DNA of 64,000 nucleotides from Octopus bimaculoides (Eukaryota): the NCBI RefSeq assembly GCF_001194135.2, contig NC_068989.1:41429586-41493585 (forward strand). The letters run 5' to 3'. The position numbers were made by a program, and so were the translations under genes. The notes under the pieces were generated by a model. That model was given only the letters and a program-made list of their open reading frames with translations. It did not search any database and was not told where the DNA came from. Of this stretch, positions 39,985 to 53,131 are shown in pieces (within the stretch, counting starts at the first letter, position 1; the number at the start of each line of letters is the position of its first letter).

Positions 39985-41490
39985 CTAGAGAGAAATTTAA
40001 AATATCTGATATTAATAATCTATACATTAACGAGAGCATAATTAGCAATGTTGCTTGTTCAGATGAGACAAATATTCAAAAAATAATAATTAATAAAATT
40101 TGATTTAATATATATTGAGAAAACACTTCACTTTCAAATAGTGGCAATAGTTGCTGATCTTCTCTACATGATGCCTCAAAAAGTCTTCAAATGATGATGG
40201 TGGTAATGATAATGAGTGACTCATATTAGAATATAGTTCAGTGGAGTACAACTCATTATACCTTGGATAGAAAATGTGTCTATGCACTCATATCTTTTAG
40301 ATTCTATTTCACCTGGTACTAAGATAAACTAAACAAATTGGTTAATTATTTATTAGAACCCAACATTAATCATGAACAGCATTCAACTAGAGCCCATACA
40401 ATTGCTCCTAATGTTGGGTCACACTATCACTAACAATCTCCCCAGGATGAAAGCACATCCTTAGGATAGTTAGGACCACATCCCAACAACTGGCCCTTCT
40501 ATTTAGAGCCAGAAGATGTTTTAGTACCCAACAATTATTGACACTTGATGAAGCTCAGGTAAAGCCCACAATGGAGTTTGTTATCACATCTGGGATAATA
40601 CTGCTGCTGCATGTACAGATGTACAGTTAGTGCCAGATTTACCATTGTGCTTAGGTATGCTTAAGCACAGGGCCCCAATGACTAGGAGGGGGGATCTTTC
40701 TACCCACAAAATATTTTACTACAAATTTTTCAAATGTTCAAATGTTTTACCTAACAGTTATAAAAATGAAATTAATAATGTGAATGCTTTTATACGTTAT
40801 TTTTTAATGTAACATTGTGCATAAACAATTCTCTATGCAAAAAATTGTTTTTGACCTCTAATATGACACAATATGAACATACTCATTATATTATCCAATA
40901 AAAAAATATTTTAATAAAATAATTTGCATGATGAAAATTAAATATTTTCACTGTGTATACCCATACAAAAATATATCATAGATAATTTGTATTCAAACAT
41001 GTACAGTATACCTGTACATATAGGTATACTAGACTGCATCTAGAAAAGGGCTACTGGACTGACTGGTATAAAAGCACACACAGACATGCTTCAGCTTCTG
41101 GCCCACAGGGATGCAGTCTGCTCTCTCTGTCTTTTTCATTGCTGCTATAATGGCTCCTGCTTCTTTGAGCTGGCAGGGCTCATTATTTCACACAGGCATC
41201 CTTGTTTCACTTGTGTCACCTTCTCTCATCACCCTTATTAATCCCAAAACCCTGCATTAATTACTTCACCCAGTTGTTCCTTCTAGATCATCAACCCTTT
41301 GGAATTTTCTCCCTGCTCATATCTTTCCCACAGGTGTTGACTTACAAAGGTTCAAATGAAGCGTTAACGACATCAACTTAATCAGTCTTGAAGGACCTGC
41401 AAATGCCATGAGTACCGTTCCTTCTTTCTGACCCAGCAGATAGAAAAAAAATTTTTTTAATTAAAAGATTAAATAAAAGAATTTCCTTAC

Positions 41491-41565
41491 CTGTTCCAGC
41501 ACCACAAAGATGTTTTCCCATCCCTACCAAGGGTCGTTTACTGTTTTTAATAGATGGCACCAGTG
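41491..41565 (-). CDS. TRMT13: TRMT13 exon
   Basis: aaacag|CA...G|gtaagg; LVPSIKNSKRPLVGMGKHLCGAGT contains the TRM13 KHLCG motif. Confidence 0.96.
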
Positions 41566-41765
41566 CTGTTTGGAAATAACAAGAAAGAGAAAAGAAATCA
41601 AACCATGAACCAAATTAAAAATTATATTTTTTTAAGCTAATAACAGATTCTATCAGAATCAGAGGATTCTACCCAAAGTAATTTATCTATTCCACACTTT
41701 GTCTTTGGTACAATGACAATTTTTTATATAATTCATCCTGAAGATAAGGGTAAGAATCTATAAAG

Positions 41766-42000
41766 TAAGGTGGCGAGCTAGCAGAAACATTAATGCGACG
41801 TGCGAAATGCTTAGCGGTATTTCGCTTGCTGTTACGTTCTGAGTTCAAATTCCGCCGAGGTCGACTTTGCCTTTCATCCTTTCGGGGTCGATTAAATAAG
41901 TACCAGTTACGCACTGGGGTTGATATAATCGACTTAATCCGTTTGTCTGTCCTTGTTTGTCCCCTCTGTGTGTAGCCCCTTGTGGGCAGTAAAGAAATAA
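41766..42000 (+). mobile_element. SINE, well-preserved copy (opposite-strand copies at 42070-42290 and 50481-50695)
   Basis: ggcgagctagcagaaac...gagttcaaattccgccgaggtcgactttgcctttcatcctttcgggg recurs many times in the window. Confidence 0.8.
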
Positions 42001-43225
42001 GAATCTATAAAGTAAGTCGTCATCGTTGTCATCATCATCATTTAACATGGTGTCCATGCTGGTATGGTAAGTATTAGTTTCAAATTTTGGCACAAGACCA
42101 GCAATCTTGATGGCGGCATAAAATCGTTTAAATCAACCCCACGGCTCAACTGGTATTTATTTTATTGACCCTGAAGGGAAGAAAGGCAAAGTAAACCCTG
42201 GCAACATATGAACCTAGAACATAAAGACAGATAAAATGCCTCTAAGCATTTTGCCTGGCATGCTAATGCTTCTGCCATCCCCTGCCTTTATTCTGTAAAG
42301 TATTAAACCCACTTAATGTGGCAAACATGAAAACTTTAAGTAATAAAGAGTAATTAATTTGTGTTGAAGAGATGTAAACATTAGGTCAATGTTCAGTTGA
42401 ATATAGTGGGATTTGAGCAACGAACTAACTATTAAGGATATGAATACTTTAAGTGGAATATGACTGCTACTAGACCTGAAGAAAAAAAATAATGACCTCA
42501 TTGCCTTCTCAGGGGCTTAAACCCTTTAGCTTTCAGATAACTCCATCGCATGTATTGTTTATTCATTCAAATTGCTTTGAATTAGTCATGCATTACTTGG
42601 TAGCTTCCAGATTTCAAAGATGTGATTGTTTACTTTTAGAATGACACTACAAGGTAGCTGTGAAAGGCCTTATCAGCTCAGTTTGAACACAAAACAGGTA
42701 GAATATTTGGACTTGATATGGCCAGTTTGAATGCTAAAGGGTTAAAGATTTAAGCTATCCAGTAATTTTGAAATTGTCATGTGTGTGTGTGTGTGTGTGT
42801 GTGCATGCATGAGTAAATGTTTATAAAAAGTACTCAATCAAAGCTGTGGGTACAAATGATGATTGGGTACAAATGATGACAGCCTGAGAGATTGGTTGAC
42901 ATTTTCTCTCAGCAGATCATTTGCTAATTCTGTGCATTACAATTCATCTGGAATAAACATATCTATTCCCTTCTTTGAAAAACAGTTATGGGTTGGTAAC
43001 AGGAAAAGCATCCAGCTGTAAAAATCCTACTTCTGTTTCCTCTCAACAGCAACGGCAACAACAGCAGCAGCAACAGCCACTGCCACTGCCACTACCTGCA
43101 GCAGCAGCAAGTGGAGCAGCAGTGTACCAGTGAAGTAACAGTTCCATTAGAAACATTTCCAAAGAAGGCTCAGAGGAACTTACACATGCAAGCAACAGAA
43201 GAGAAGATGAAGTCAGAGTTCTTAC

Positions 43226-43304
43226 CTAAACATAAATGTTGAAGGTCAGTGTTGAGTCTCACAAAAGTTGGTCCACTTTCGCTAAACTGATGGGAAAGTT
43301 CAAG
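43226..43304 (-). CDS. TRMT13: TRMT13 exon
   Basis: acctag|CTT...G|gtaaga; LELSHQFSESGPTFVRLNTDLQHLCL (RL..D.QHL.L motif). A second in-frame acceptor would start the exon at 43286. Confidence 0.9.
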
Positions 43305-43619
43305 CTAGGTTGAAGAAAAATATTTTCAAAATGAGACAGAGTAAAACTATATATGGGAGGTTGCTGAAAAGTTGCTGGCTTTAAGGGTACTGTGGAAGGC
43401 CTGGTTGGAAGCCCAAACTTCTGAGTTCTTTAACAGAACTTGGGGTCCTTCACTTTCAGTGATTCACATGCAAAAGTAGACCTGGGAACAATAGAGGCTG
43501 AGAGGTGGTTCCACGCTCCTTAAAACCCTGGAATTCCTGAACCAAGGTCCCACTATTGGATGTAATTTAAAGTTATAGTCAGGACATACATACACACACA
43601 CACACATATGTATCCGAAT

Positions 43620-44690
43620 TGACAGTACCTTGGTAGATAAAACAATTAAGAGTATGAAGACAGGGAAAGCCCCCAGCCCATCAGGAACCACCCCAGAGAT
43701 GCTCAAAATATCTAGCAGTGTCGGTTATAGCCTAGTCATCCGTATAGTTAACCAGGTGATACACAAAAGAGTCATACCCAATGCCTGGTGTAGCAGCACC
43801 ATAGTCAACTGCTACAAAGGTAAAGGTGACGCTTTAGATACAAATAATTACAGAGGTATCAAGTTGTTGGATCACATAATGAAGGTCATGGAGAGGGTCA
43901 TAGCCTAACTAATTAGGGAGAGAGTCAGATTAGATGAGATGCAGTTTGGGAAAAGCATCCACTGATGCTATATTTCTGGTAAGACAGATGCAGGAGAAAT
44001 ACCTAGCCAAAGATAGACCTCTGTACCTGGCTTTCGTTGACATGGAGAAAGCCTCTGACAGGGTCCCCCGATCCCTTATGTGGTGGTCAATGAGGAAACT
44101 ATGGATAGAAGAATGGTTAGTGAGAGNNNNNNNNNNNNNNNNNNNNNNNNNNNNNNNNNNNNNNNNNNNNNNNNNNNNNNNNNNNNNNNNNNNNNNNNNN
44201 NNNNNNNNNNNNNNNNNNNNNNNNNNNNNNNNNNNNNNNNNNNNNNNNNNNNNNNNNNNNNNNNNNNNNNNNNNNNNNNNNNNNNNNNNNNNNNNNNNNN
44301 NNAGTCCTCAGCCCCCTCCTATTTATCATAGTCCTCCAGGCAATAACACAGGAATTCAAGACAGGATGCCCCTCGGAGCTCCTTTATGCTGATGACCTTG
44401 CTCTAATTGCTGAGTCACTATCAGAACTAGAGGAGAAGTTTCAGGTGTGGAAGCAAGGATTAAAATCGAAGGGCCTTAGAGTCAACCTAGCTAAAACCAA
44501 AGTCCTAATAAGTAGGAAGGCAGACAAACCACAAATCCCTTCACGTAGATGGCCCTACTCGATCTGTAGAAAAGGTGTATGTAGAAACTCTGTAAGATGT
44601 ACCCAGTGTAAGCTATGGACACATAAGAGGTGCAGTAATATCAAAAGGAAGGCTAACTAGCAAGATAGTTTTTGTATGTGGCAGATACCT
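43620..44690 (+). mobile_element. RTE LINE RT fragment (gap-interrupted)
   Basis: KSMKTGKAPSPSG...NNYRGIKLLDHIMKVMERV, STDAIFLVRQMQEKYLAK..LYLAFVDMEKA, and LYADD (ctttatgctgatgac). Confidence 0.9.
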
Positions 44691-46177
44691 TCTCTAAGCT
44701 TTGAATCCTAGAAAGGACATTAATCCTAAACTATCAAAGCAAAATGCTGAATGCATACTGAAATAATTTATTTGCTTTTTAATCTTTTACCTGTTCTGTC
44801 TGGAGGAAAGGGCAGTGTTCTCTAAGATTGGTGAGATTGATGCTGTTAGTATTCTATATAAATTGTTGCAGGTTAACACCAGTAGCAAAGGCATGAGCAG
44901 AGAGAAGGTAACAGAGGGCATGATGTTCTTGGAAGAAAGGACTTGGTATGGTGGTTAGTGCAGGCCTAATAGAGTTGGAAGCAACAACAGTGATATGAAG
45001 TGGAGAGAATGGATTCAGGGTGTTTGAATAATGGAAGTATGAAACCAAGCAGCACCTGAGGTCATTATATTAGTGATAGCAAAAAAAACTATGAGAGCAG
45101 TCAGCATGCCTGTGAGCCAGAGGGTGGAGTGTGCTCTCACATGCACAAATACCCTTTGAAATACTACAATATCATAGGATCCCAACTACAGTAACATGCA
45201 ATCTGGACAAAGTACTGCATTTCTTTCTCTCCTTTCTCTTTACACTGAATTTGCATTTTAATTGATAATGTCATCACACTGATCTTCCTTATACAGTAAA
45301 ATCTTCACTGTTTCCCAAATAAATGACAATACGGTATTTTAATGTTTTGGATCATTTCTTCTCCCTTCTTCCTTTTTCTTAATAAAATGACATGACAACC
45401 ACTTCAACAGATACACAAATACACTAATATACACTTTTTAAACCTGTACCATAGGATAGGTCTTTGGTGGGCTTTGTCTAATCTGTGTGGTAGCCACATT
45501 AACTGTTTCTTCCTTAAACATTACATGCATTCAACATATGGTTTACCCAGCAAAGTGACCACATTGTGTGGTCTGCAAACCCTACATTGTGCCACTGATT
45601 TCAACAGACTTACAAACATGCATATATACATATACTAACCCATTTAAACAAACAGAGGTACACAAATCCCTCAAAAATACAAAAGCCAACAAAGCAGTGA
45701 ATACAATGCCTGAGTGTCAGATGAAATATCTTGTGGGTTTTGGTTATGACCCTTTATATTCTATGTTCAATTTCTTGCCAAAATTAACATCGCCTTTCAC
45801 TACCACCACTGCTACTTCTGCCACTGCCACCATCACCATCACTATCATTTAACATGCATTTTCCATGCTGGCACAAGTTGGGTGGTTTGAGAGAAGCTGG
45901 CCAGGCAGAAGACAGCACCAGGCTTCACTGCCAGTTTCGGCATGGTTTTATGGTTGGATGCCCTTCCTAACATCAATCACCTTACAGAGTGAACTTATCC
46001 TTTCAGGATATATAAAATAAACAAACTAAAGTACCAATAAAGTACTGAGGTCGATATAATTGACTGTTCCCTTCTTGCCAAATTAATGATCCTGTAATTA
46101 TATTAGAAACAATTATCTTTAACAAAACATAAACATGTAGAAAAAAACATGAATTTCAGAAATAGTGTTAAACCTAC

Positions 46178-46266
46178 CTTATATCTGATATGACTTTTAT
46201 CTACTAAAACGTAGAGGCCATCTTCATTATCAGGAATTGCTTTCTGAAGACAATTAGAGAGTTGAC
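46178..46266 (-). CDS. TRMT13: TRMT13 exon
   Basis: tttcag|GT CAA...AAG|gtaggt; (G)QLSNCLQKAIPDNEDGLYVLVDKSHIRYK. Confidence 0.92.
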
Positions 46267-47468
46267 CTGAAATGTAGATATAGAATATTTATTTTATTAT
46301 GTATCTTTTTTTTTATAACCAGGTGGAAGACTACCTGTAGACCCTTTACAGGGTCTCTGAGATTGATGGGAGGGAAAAAGGAAGTTATCCTCAAACTGAA
46401 GGTTTACAACAGAGTGAACCCTAATGAAGACACCCAAGGGCCAGGTGGTGATGTTAAACCAAGAAATGGATTATCTGATCCTCAAGCAGGCCTTGGTAAG
46501 ATTTGAACTCAGAACATAAAGAACCAAAACCGACACCATAAAGTATCTGATCCTATGATTTTAGATTTCCACCAATTCAATGCGGTGGATTGGTACTTTT
46601 TTTATCAACCCTGCCCATTGAAAGGCTGAAAAGCTAAGTTAACATTGGCAGGATTTGAACATAGTGTGTTGAAAAAGCAAAGTTGATTTCAGAGTGATTT
46701 CAAAGAAAGTAAGCTGACTTTCGTGGAATTTTAACTCAAAATTTTGAGAAATCAAGGATTTGAATTAAGTTGTATGTACAAAAAAAAGACTGGATGAAGC
46801 TTGTATAAGGGAAGAATGGTGCTACATGGTAATGAGATGTGTGTTATCTAGCACTCTATCTCTCTGATGGATCATAAGTCTAGCTGTCCCTAATGAGTCA
46901 GTTGTGAAGCACACGTGCTATCCAAGGATAGTTGGCCTCATAGGTGGCACATGTGCTTCACAGACCCACAACAAATCAAATGACTTGAAATGTTTCAGTT
47001 TTGGAGGGAGAAGGGGCACTGCATAATACAGGGTATTTGGGCTAAATTTGATGAGTTTTTTTATGTCTCCTTTTTTCAGGAACAACTAAATGTATTGGTG
47101 AGCAGTCAATGGCTTTTGAGAGCATAAAGATTAATTTGAGAAAAAAAGTTAGATGATATGGAAAATTGTAAGCCACCTGAATATTGGAAAAGAGTAACCT
47201 GTATCATGATGATTTGTATCAGGTGTCAAAATGCCAACATCGTGACTACTGCTCAATGCTCTGTAAACACTATGAACATGACATGGACAGCTGCAATGGA
47301 GACTACACAACCATAACAAGCTGAAAGAGACACAGTAGTTCTGACTGTGTCCAAATGCTGGAATTCATCCTAACACATAGTAATCCATGGGATTTCATTC
47401 AAGAGAAATAAAAAAGGCCTGAATATAATGAAATAAAACACTGCAACAAAATGGAAATCTACCCTCAC

Positions 47469-47547
47469 CTTTGCCAGCACCAAGTTCGACATAAGTGTAA
47501 CCTTTCTTCAGTAAATTCAACTTCTCCAGATGACCAATAAGAGATGC
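47469..47547 (-). CDS. TRMT13: TRMT13 exon (SAM-binding motif I)
   Basis: ataag|GCA...G|gtgagg; ASLIGHLEKLNLLKKGYTYVELGAGK(G). Confidence 0.96.
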
Positions 47548-47989
47548 CTTATCATAAACAAAGAAGATATAAAAGTAAATATTTCATTAACATATATTTG
47601 TATAATTAACTCTGAAATAGTCATTGTTTTGCTTAGTTTAATGCCAGCCTTTCCATGCTTGTATGGCTTAGATAGCAGATGACTGAAATAGGATTTTTAG
47701 AGCTGGATGCCCTTTCTGTCACCAACCCTTCAAGTAAGGTATATATATCTTTTTATATTCCAGAGGAATTTGAAAACACAGAGTAGGAAATGTCAACAAA
47801 TATCACCAGCTGCTGCCCAACCACAAACAATGACATCACTATTTTTAGCCATAGATCATCACACACACAGAGAATATACAAGGAGCTTTTGTCAACTGAT
47901 GTAATGTAATAGGTATGTACTACGAGCACTCAGCTTAGTTTGCCACAAGTAGTGAAATTTTTGATTTTGTGAAATTCGTGTTTTTATGT

Positions 47990-48732
47990 ATGCTGTAGTC
48001 TGCAATTTTGTCATGGACAGGAACAAATAGCCAACATGAAATTTTGCGTTAAACTTGGGAAGTCTGCAATAGAGACATTGAGCATTCTTCAGCAAGCTTA
48101 TAGTGATGAGGCATTGGGTTGTACACAATATTTTGAGTGGCATGGGTGCTTCAAAAGTGAAAGAACATCTCTGGAAGATGATGAGTGATCTGGAAGACCT
48201 GGCACGAATGTCACCATAGAGATATGGTATTGTGCATCAAGAATTTGTCCCCCAGGCCAGACCATCAATCAAGGGTTCTACGGCAATGTTTTGAAGCATT
48301 TGTGGGAGGACATTCAGTGGAAACCACCAGATCTGTGGAGCATGAAGAATTGGATTCTTCACAATGACAATGCACCTTGTCACCAAGCTCCACTCACTTG
48401 TGAGTTTCTTGCCAAAAGCAACACGGTATCACTTCCGCACCTGCCCTATTTGCCAGATTTAGCATGTGCAGACTTCGATCTCTTCGCCAAGATGAAAATG
48501 CAGTTCAAAGATTGTCATTTTAACAATGTTGTCGAGATCCAGAGAAAATCACAGAAAATCCTTAACTCGCTTATGGAAAACAATTTCCAGACCAGATTCC
48601 AGGCCAAGAACACTGGGACCATTGTATTACTGTGCAAAGTGACTATTTCAAAGGAGATGTTGTTAAAACTTAGGTAAATAAGTTATTTTTTATTAAACAA
48701 AACTAGTCCAAGAACCTTTTGATACCACCTTA
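47990..48732 (+). pseudogene. Internally deleted mariner (DD34D) element
   Basis: WILHNDNAPCH...PHLPYLPDLACADFDLF with 34 residues between the two Asp; the HTH-coding region upstream is degenerate. Confidence 0.85.
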
Positions 48733-49737
48733 TATGTATGTATGTATATGTGAGTGAGTGTGTCTGTATGTGTGTGTGAGTGTATATATATGTTTGTATG
48801 TACTAGTCTGTCTCCACCTATCTTCATAATGACACTGATCTGGCAGCAGTAACAGATTTTGTATACATCATCATCATCATCCTCATCATCATCATCATCA
48901 CCATCATCATTGCTGCTGCCACCATCACCATCATTATCATCATCTTTATGTCTGTTTCTCATGTCGGCATGGGTTGGGTGATTTAACAGGATCAGACAAG
49001 TTGGAGGACTGTGTCTTGTACAAATGTTTCGGTCTTCACTGTATCAGCACCCAACTGGTACTTGTTTGTTGCTGAGTAGACTGAAACAACATGAAATGAA
49101 GTGCCTTACTCAAGGATACAACATGCCACTTGGTTTAGGAATTGAACCCGTGACTTTATGATTATAAGCTGATCCCCATGAAACAATGAGTCATGCACCT
49201 TCAGATGCACAAAGTACATTAACATAGTTCTTATTTGTTCTAAAGTACAGCAAGAGTTAAAAACTGGGGGAACAATTGCAACAGGGTGTACTATGAAGGG
49301 ATTTTGGCTGCTGTTTCAAGCAGGTAAAACACATTTATACAATAACTTAAAAAAGTTTGGCAGGGCCATAGGCAAAATGTCAGTCACATCATCATCATCA
49401 TCGTCATCATTTAATGTCCATCTACCATTCTGACATGGGTTGGACAGTTTGACAGGAGCTGACAACCCAGAAGACTGCACCAAGCTTTCACTGTCTGTTT
49501 TGGCATGGTTTTTATGGCTCAATGCCCTTCCTAAGGCCAAAAAAAAAAACCCCCAAAAAAAACAGGGATTTGTGGGTAAGAATCTCACTGGAATCTGATA
49601 GTCCAGGATGCATTGCTTTCAACTTTATCTTCTATGATTACACATATTTTCCAGAAATCCCATTGGCTGATAACCAAACAAAGAACAATTCAAAACGTTA
49701 TCATTAAAATTTGGAATATTTAGGCAAATAAAAGAAC

Positions 49738-49844
49738 CTGTTGTCGTCTTTGGCGATGAGCTTGTATACCATAGTAAGGATTGTTCATTTCTTCGTACAT
49801 GCAGCTGTGCCATAATTCTTCCTTTGTAATCTCAGGAGTGTGCG
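49738..49844 (-). CDS. TRMT13: TRMT13 exon
   Basis: tttcag|CG...CAG|gttctt (weak GT donor); HTPEITKEELWHSCMYEEMNNPYYGIQAHRQRRQQ joins ASLIGH in frame. Confidence 0.85.
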
Positions 49845-49980
49845 CTGAAATATAAAACCAAGCAGTATTGGTAATATCTGCAATCTCTATATAATAGTAG
49901 CTGATATAAATGCTTGGTTGGTTTGTTGATTTCTCTAGTCATATTTTACATCATATGGAGATATATACATACATACACAA

Positions 49981-50023
<43 letters not shown>

Positions 50024-51713
50024 GCGAGAGAGAGAGAGAGAGAGTGGGGAGTGAGAGACAGAGTAAAAGAGAAAAACAGAGAGTGTGCATACTAGGCTTA
50101 GTGGTAGGCAATGAGTAAAGAAATGCTAAAACACACAGAGATAGAATCACAGGAGAAGAGAAGGAGGGGGAGGAAGAAGAAGAAAAAGGGTGTAAATGAC
50201 AATNNNNNNNNNNNNNNNNNNNNNNNNNNNNNNNNNNNNNNNNNNNNNNNNNNNNNNNNNNNNNNNNNNNNNNNNNNNNNNNNNNNNNNNNNNNNNNNNN
50301 NNNNNNNNNNNNNNNNNNNNNNNNNNNNNNNNNNNTTTCATTTAATTTTAGGGGGGGGGGGAAGTTTTTTGAAGAAATTTGATAAGAGTTTAAATCAAAA
50401 TAATTGCATCTATGCCATATTCAATATTACGTATGGTAGCACAAGTATTATAATGTGTTGTATGACGTTTAACATTAGTCTATTCTTTTCTTCTCTAGGC
50501 ACAAAGCCCGAAAATTTGGAGGAGGGGGCCAGTCGATCAGATCGACCCCAGTACGCAACTGGCACTTAATTTATCGACCTCGAAAGGATGAAAGGCAAAG
50601 TCGACCATGGCGGAATTTGAACTCAGAACGTAAAAAACAGACGAAATACCGCTAAGCATTTCGCCCGGCGTGCTAATGTTTCTGCCAGCTCACCATCTTC
50701 ATTTAACATTAGTATATTATAGAATTACTAAAGCTCGTAGGATTAAATTTTCAGTTTTCTAATTAGGAGGCACATACGTATGAACGTACACACACACACA
50801 CACACACACATATAGGAACATGGATTCTGCTTACAAAATGTCTATCGCATGAAGGTATGTTATATCTCGAAGAGGAGCAATCTATGTTCATAAGAAGATA
50901 ATTTTGTGTCTTTAAGTCAGGCATTTAACTTAACAAGGATACTATGTAATTAAAATAATATTTAACGGTTAAAGACTAGAGTTGTAATATAAAGGGAAGT
51001 AATCTTAGGAATTAGTAACTCGGTAATAAAATTACTTCCCTTTAGCAAGTAACTTAGTAAATCCGTCGCTACTCGAACAGGTGGAGTTATACAAAGGGCA
51101 TCAGATTATTTATTTCGTCTTTTGGCACAGAGTTGTATTCATGAAACAAATTTCATTTAAGCTAAGCTATCAGTAAACCGGTATCATATAGAAGAACGGT
51201 TTTCTACTGCAAGTAACGGGGTTATATTTTTCTTTCAATTCCTATATCTCTATTTCTGATCGAAGGTGAGCAGGAATCTTAAGGGGTGGGGCCTGTGAGA
51301 ACTGGAAAGGGGAAAGATACGTCAAAAAGTATAGAATAGATAGACCGGATTTGTGCTCAAATCGAAGCCCAAATATTCAGCGTCCTAATTATGTGAGACG
51401 TAGTCCAGCTGAAGAAGAAGAGTTCAGAAGAGACTAATTGAAACAAAGATAAAAGATGGACAAGCAGTTGTTTGTGCATCAAAACATTTATAAACATGTT
51501 ACAAAAATGTGTCCATCTTCTGTCTGTGCATGTGTGTATATATATGAGAGGTATTGGTATCCAGGAGACCCAAGGTGGCAGATAACACTATGTAAGTGCT
51601 ATGGAAGGACCGTAGTTGAACTCTCAGTTCGATAATGATACGAGTGTGGAGTCTAATGCTGGTTTTATATGAGCATGTATATGTTAAATAAAATGAGACA
51701 ACAAAACCTTCTC

Positions 51714-52798
51714 GGATCTTTTCCTTTTGGCCGGCACATAGAAAAAAAAATTTTTTGTAACTAAACACTTTCAAATTTCGTATACTGGTAGAATGTGTCA
51801 TTTAAAACATCATTTACTCTTGGCGTTTTTAAGAAAATTCTTTTTCAAAATTATTTCGTGTTAAAGTTGTCGTATTTCGGTAATTCCAACCAATCAATGA
51901 CGTCTATTGAGGTGAAAACAATTACTGCTGTGATTTGTCAACAAGACGTTCTGTCGGTGTAAATTTACTTTGTCTCTGTTATTTATGACATCGTACGTGC
52001 GTCTGTACTGGCTTTAGCTTTGGGGGGTTAGGGTTAGGATTTTAGAGTTAGGGTTAGGTTAGGGGTTTTTTCAGCTACTATTTTAGGAAAGACATTTTTG
52101 ACTCCCTCCCCCTCCAATTTCTTCATTTTTCACATTTTTCCATAACTCTAACACTAAAATCCCAAACCCTAACCCTAAAACCCCAACCCTAACCCTAATC
52201 CTAAAACCCTAACCCTAACTCTAAAACTCTATCCCTAAGCCTAAAACACTAACCCTGACCCTAAAACCTCAAACCAGTACAAACGCACGAACGATGTCAT
52301 AAATAACAGTGACAAGCGAAATATTTACCGCCGATAGTTGTTGTTGACAAACAACGGCAGTAATTTTATTCAAGGGAAAAGATCCCAAAATAAGCAATTT
52401 AGAAACCACTAAAACAAAACGAAAATACTTCCACAAACAAAATAAACTGAAAAAAATTTTTAAATAACTAATAACTGAATTGATTAAACTATATACACGT
52501 GTATCTCAAATGTAAATATATCAGAAATAACAGTGACAAAGTAAATTTACACCGCCAGAACGTCTTGTTGACAAACTACAACAGTAATTGTTTTCACCTC
52601 AATAGACATCATTGATTGGTTAAAATTACCGAAATACGACAACTTTAACACAAAATAACTTCGAAAATGAAGAATTTTCTTAAAAACGCCAAGAGTAAAT
52701 GATGTTTTAAATGACACATTCTACCAGTATACGAAATTTGAAAGTGTTTAGTTACAAAAAATTATTTTTTCTATGTGCCGGCCAAAAGGAAAAGATCC
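51714..52798. mobile_element. Foldback (long-TIR) non-autonomous DNA transposon with 8-bp TSD and internal telomere-like repeats
   Basis: ~275-bp inverted arms starting ggatcttttcc; TSD accttctc at 51706-51713 and 52799-52806; the ORF track shows the same peptide (MTHSTSIRNLKVFSYKK) on both strands. Confidence 0.92.
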
Positions 52799-52986
52799 AC
52801 CTTCTCTTTATAAATGTCCTGAAAATGCCACACAGCCTTGACTTTGCTGTCTCACTTTATTTAAAACACACACACACATTATATATATATATATATACCT
52901 GAGTAAGCATGTAAATGTGAAACAAGGTGGAAAAATGAGTACTCAAATACCAGAGGTAGAATAATATGCTTTATTTAAAAGCATTT

Positions 52987-53040
52987 TAACAAAACTGTCC
53001 GATGACGGGAACGTGAAACTCTGAGTAACAGCTTTTGTTA
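52987..53040 (+). ncRNA. Minimal type I hammerhead-ribozyme-like motif (degenerate core)
   Basis: Stem I taacaaaa-ctgt / acag-c-ttttgtta; core cCGAUGA; stem II (a)cg-GGAA-cgt; GAAA; stem III ctc-t-gag; GUA cleavage triplet. Confidence 0.65.
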
Positions 53041-53096
53041 TATTTCTGCTGCTTTAAATAGATATATATAGACACACGTAGCCAGTCTTACGAATG

Positions 53097-53131
<35 letters not shown>

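Noticed and set aside
40545-40566. ttgatgaagct...aaagc resembling a hammerhead core plus stem II
   Set aside because: Lacks C3 and the GAAA; at best a dead remnant.
43040-43125. CAG/GCC-rich tract resembling a polyQ/polyA exon
   Set aside because: Lies within a TRMT13 intron without splice signals; simple repeat.
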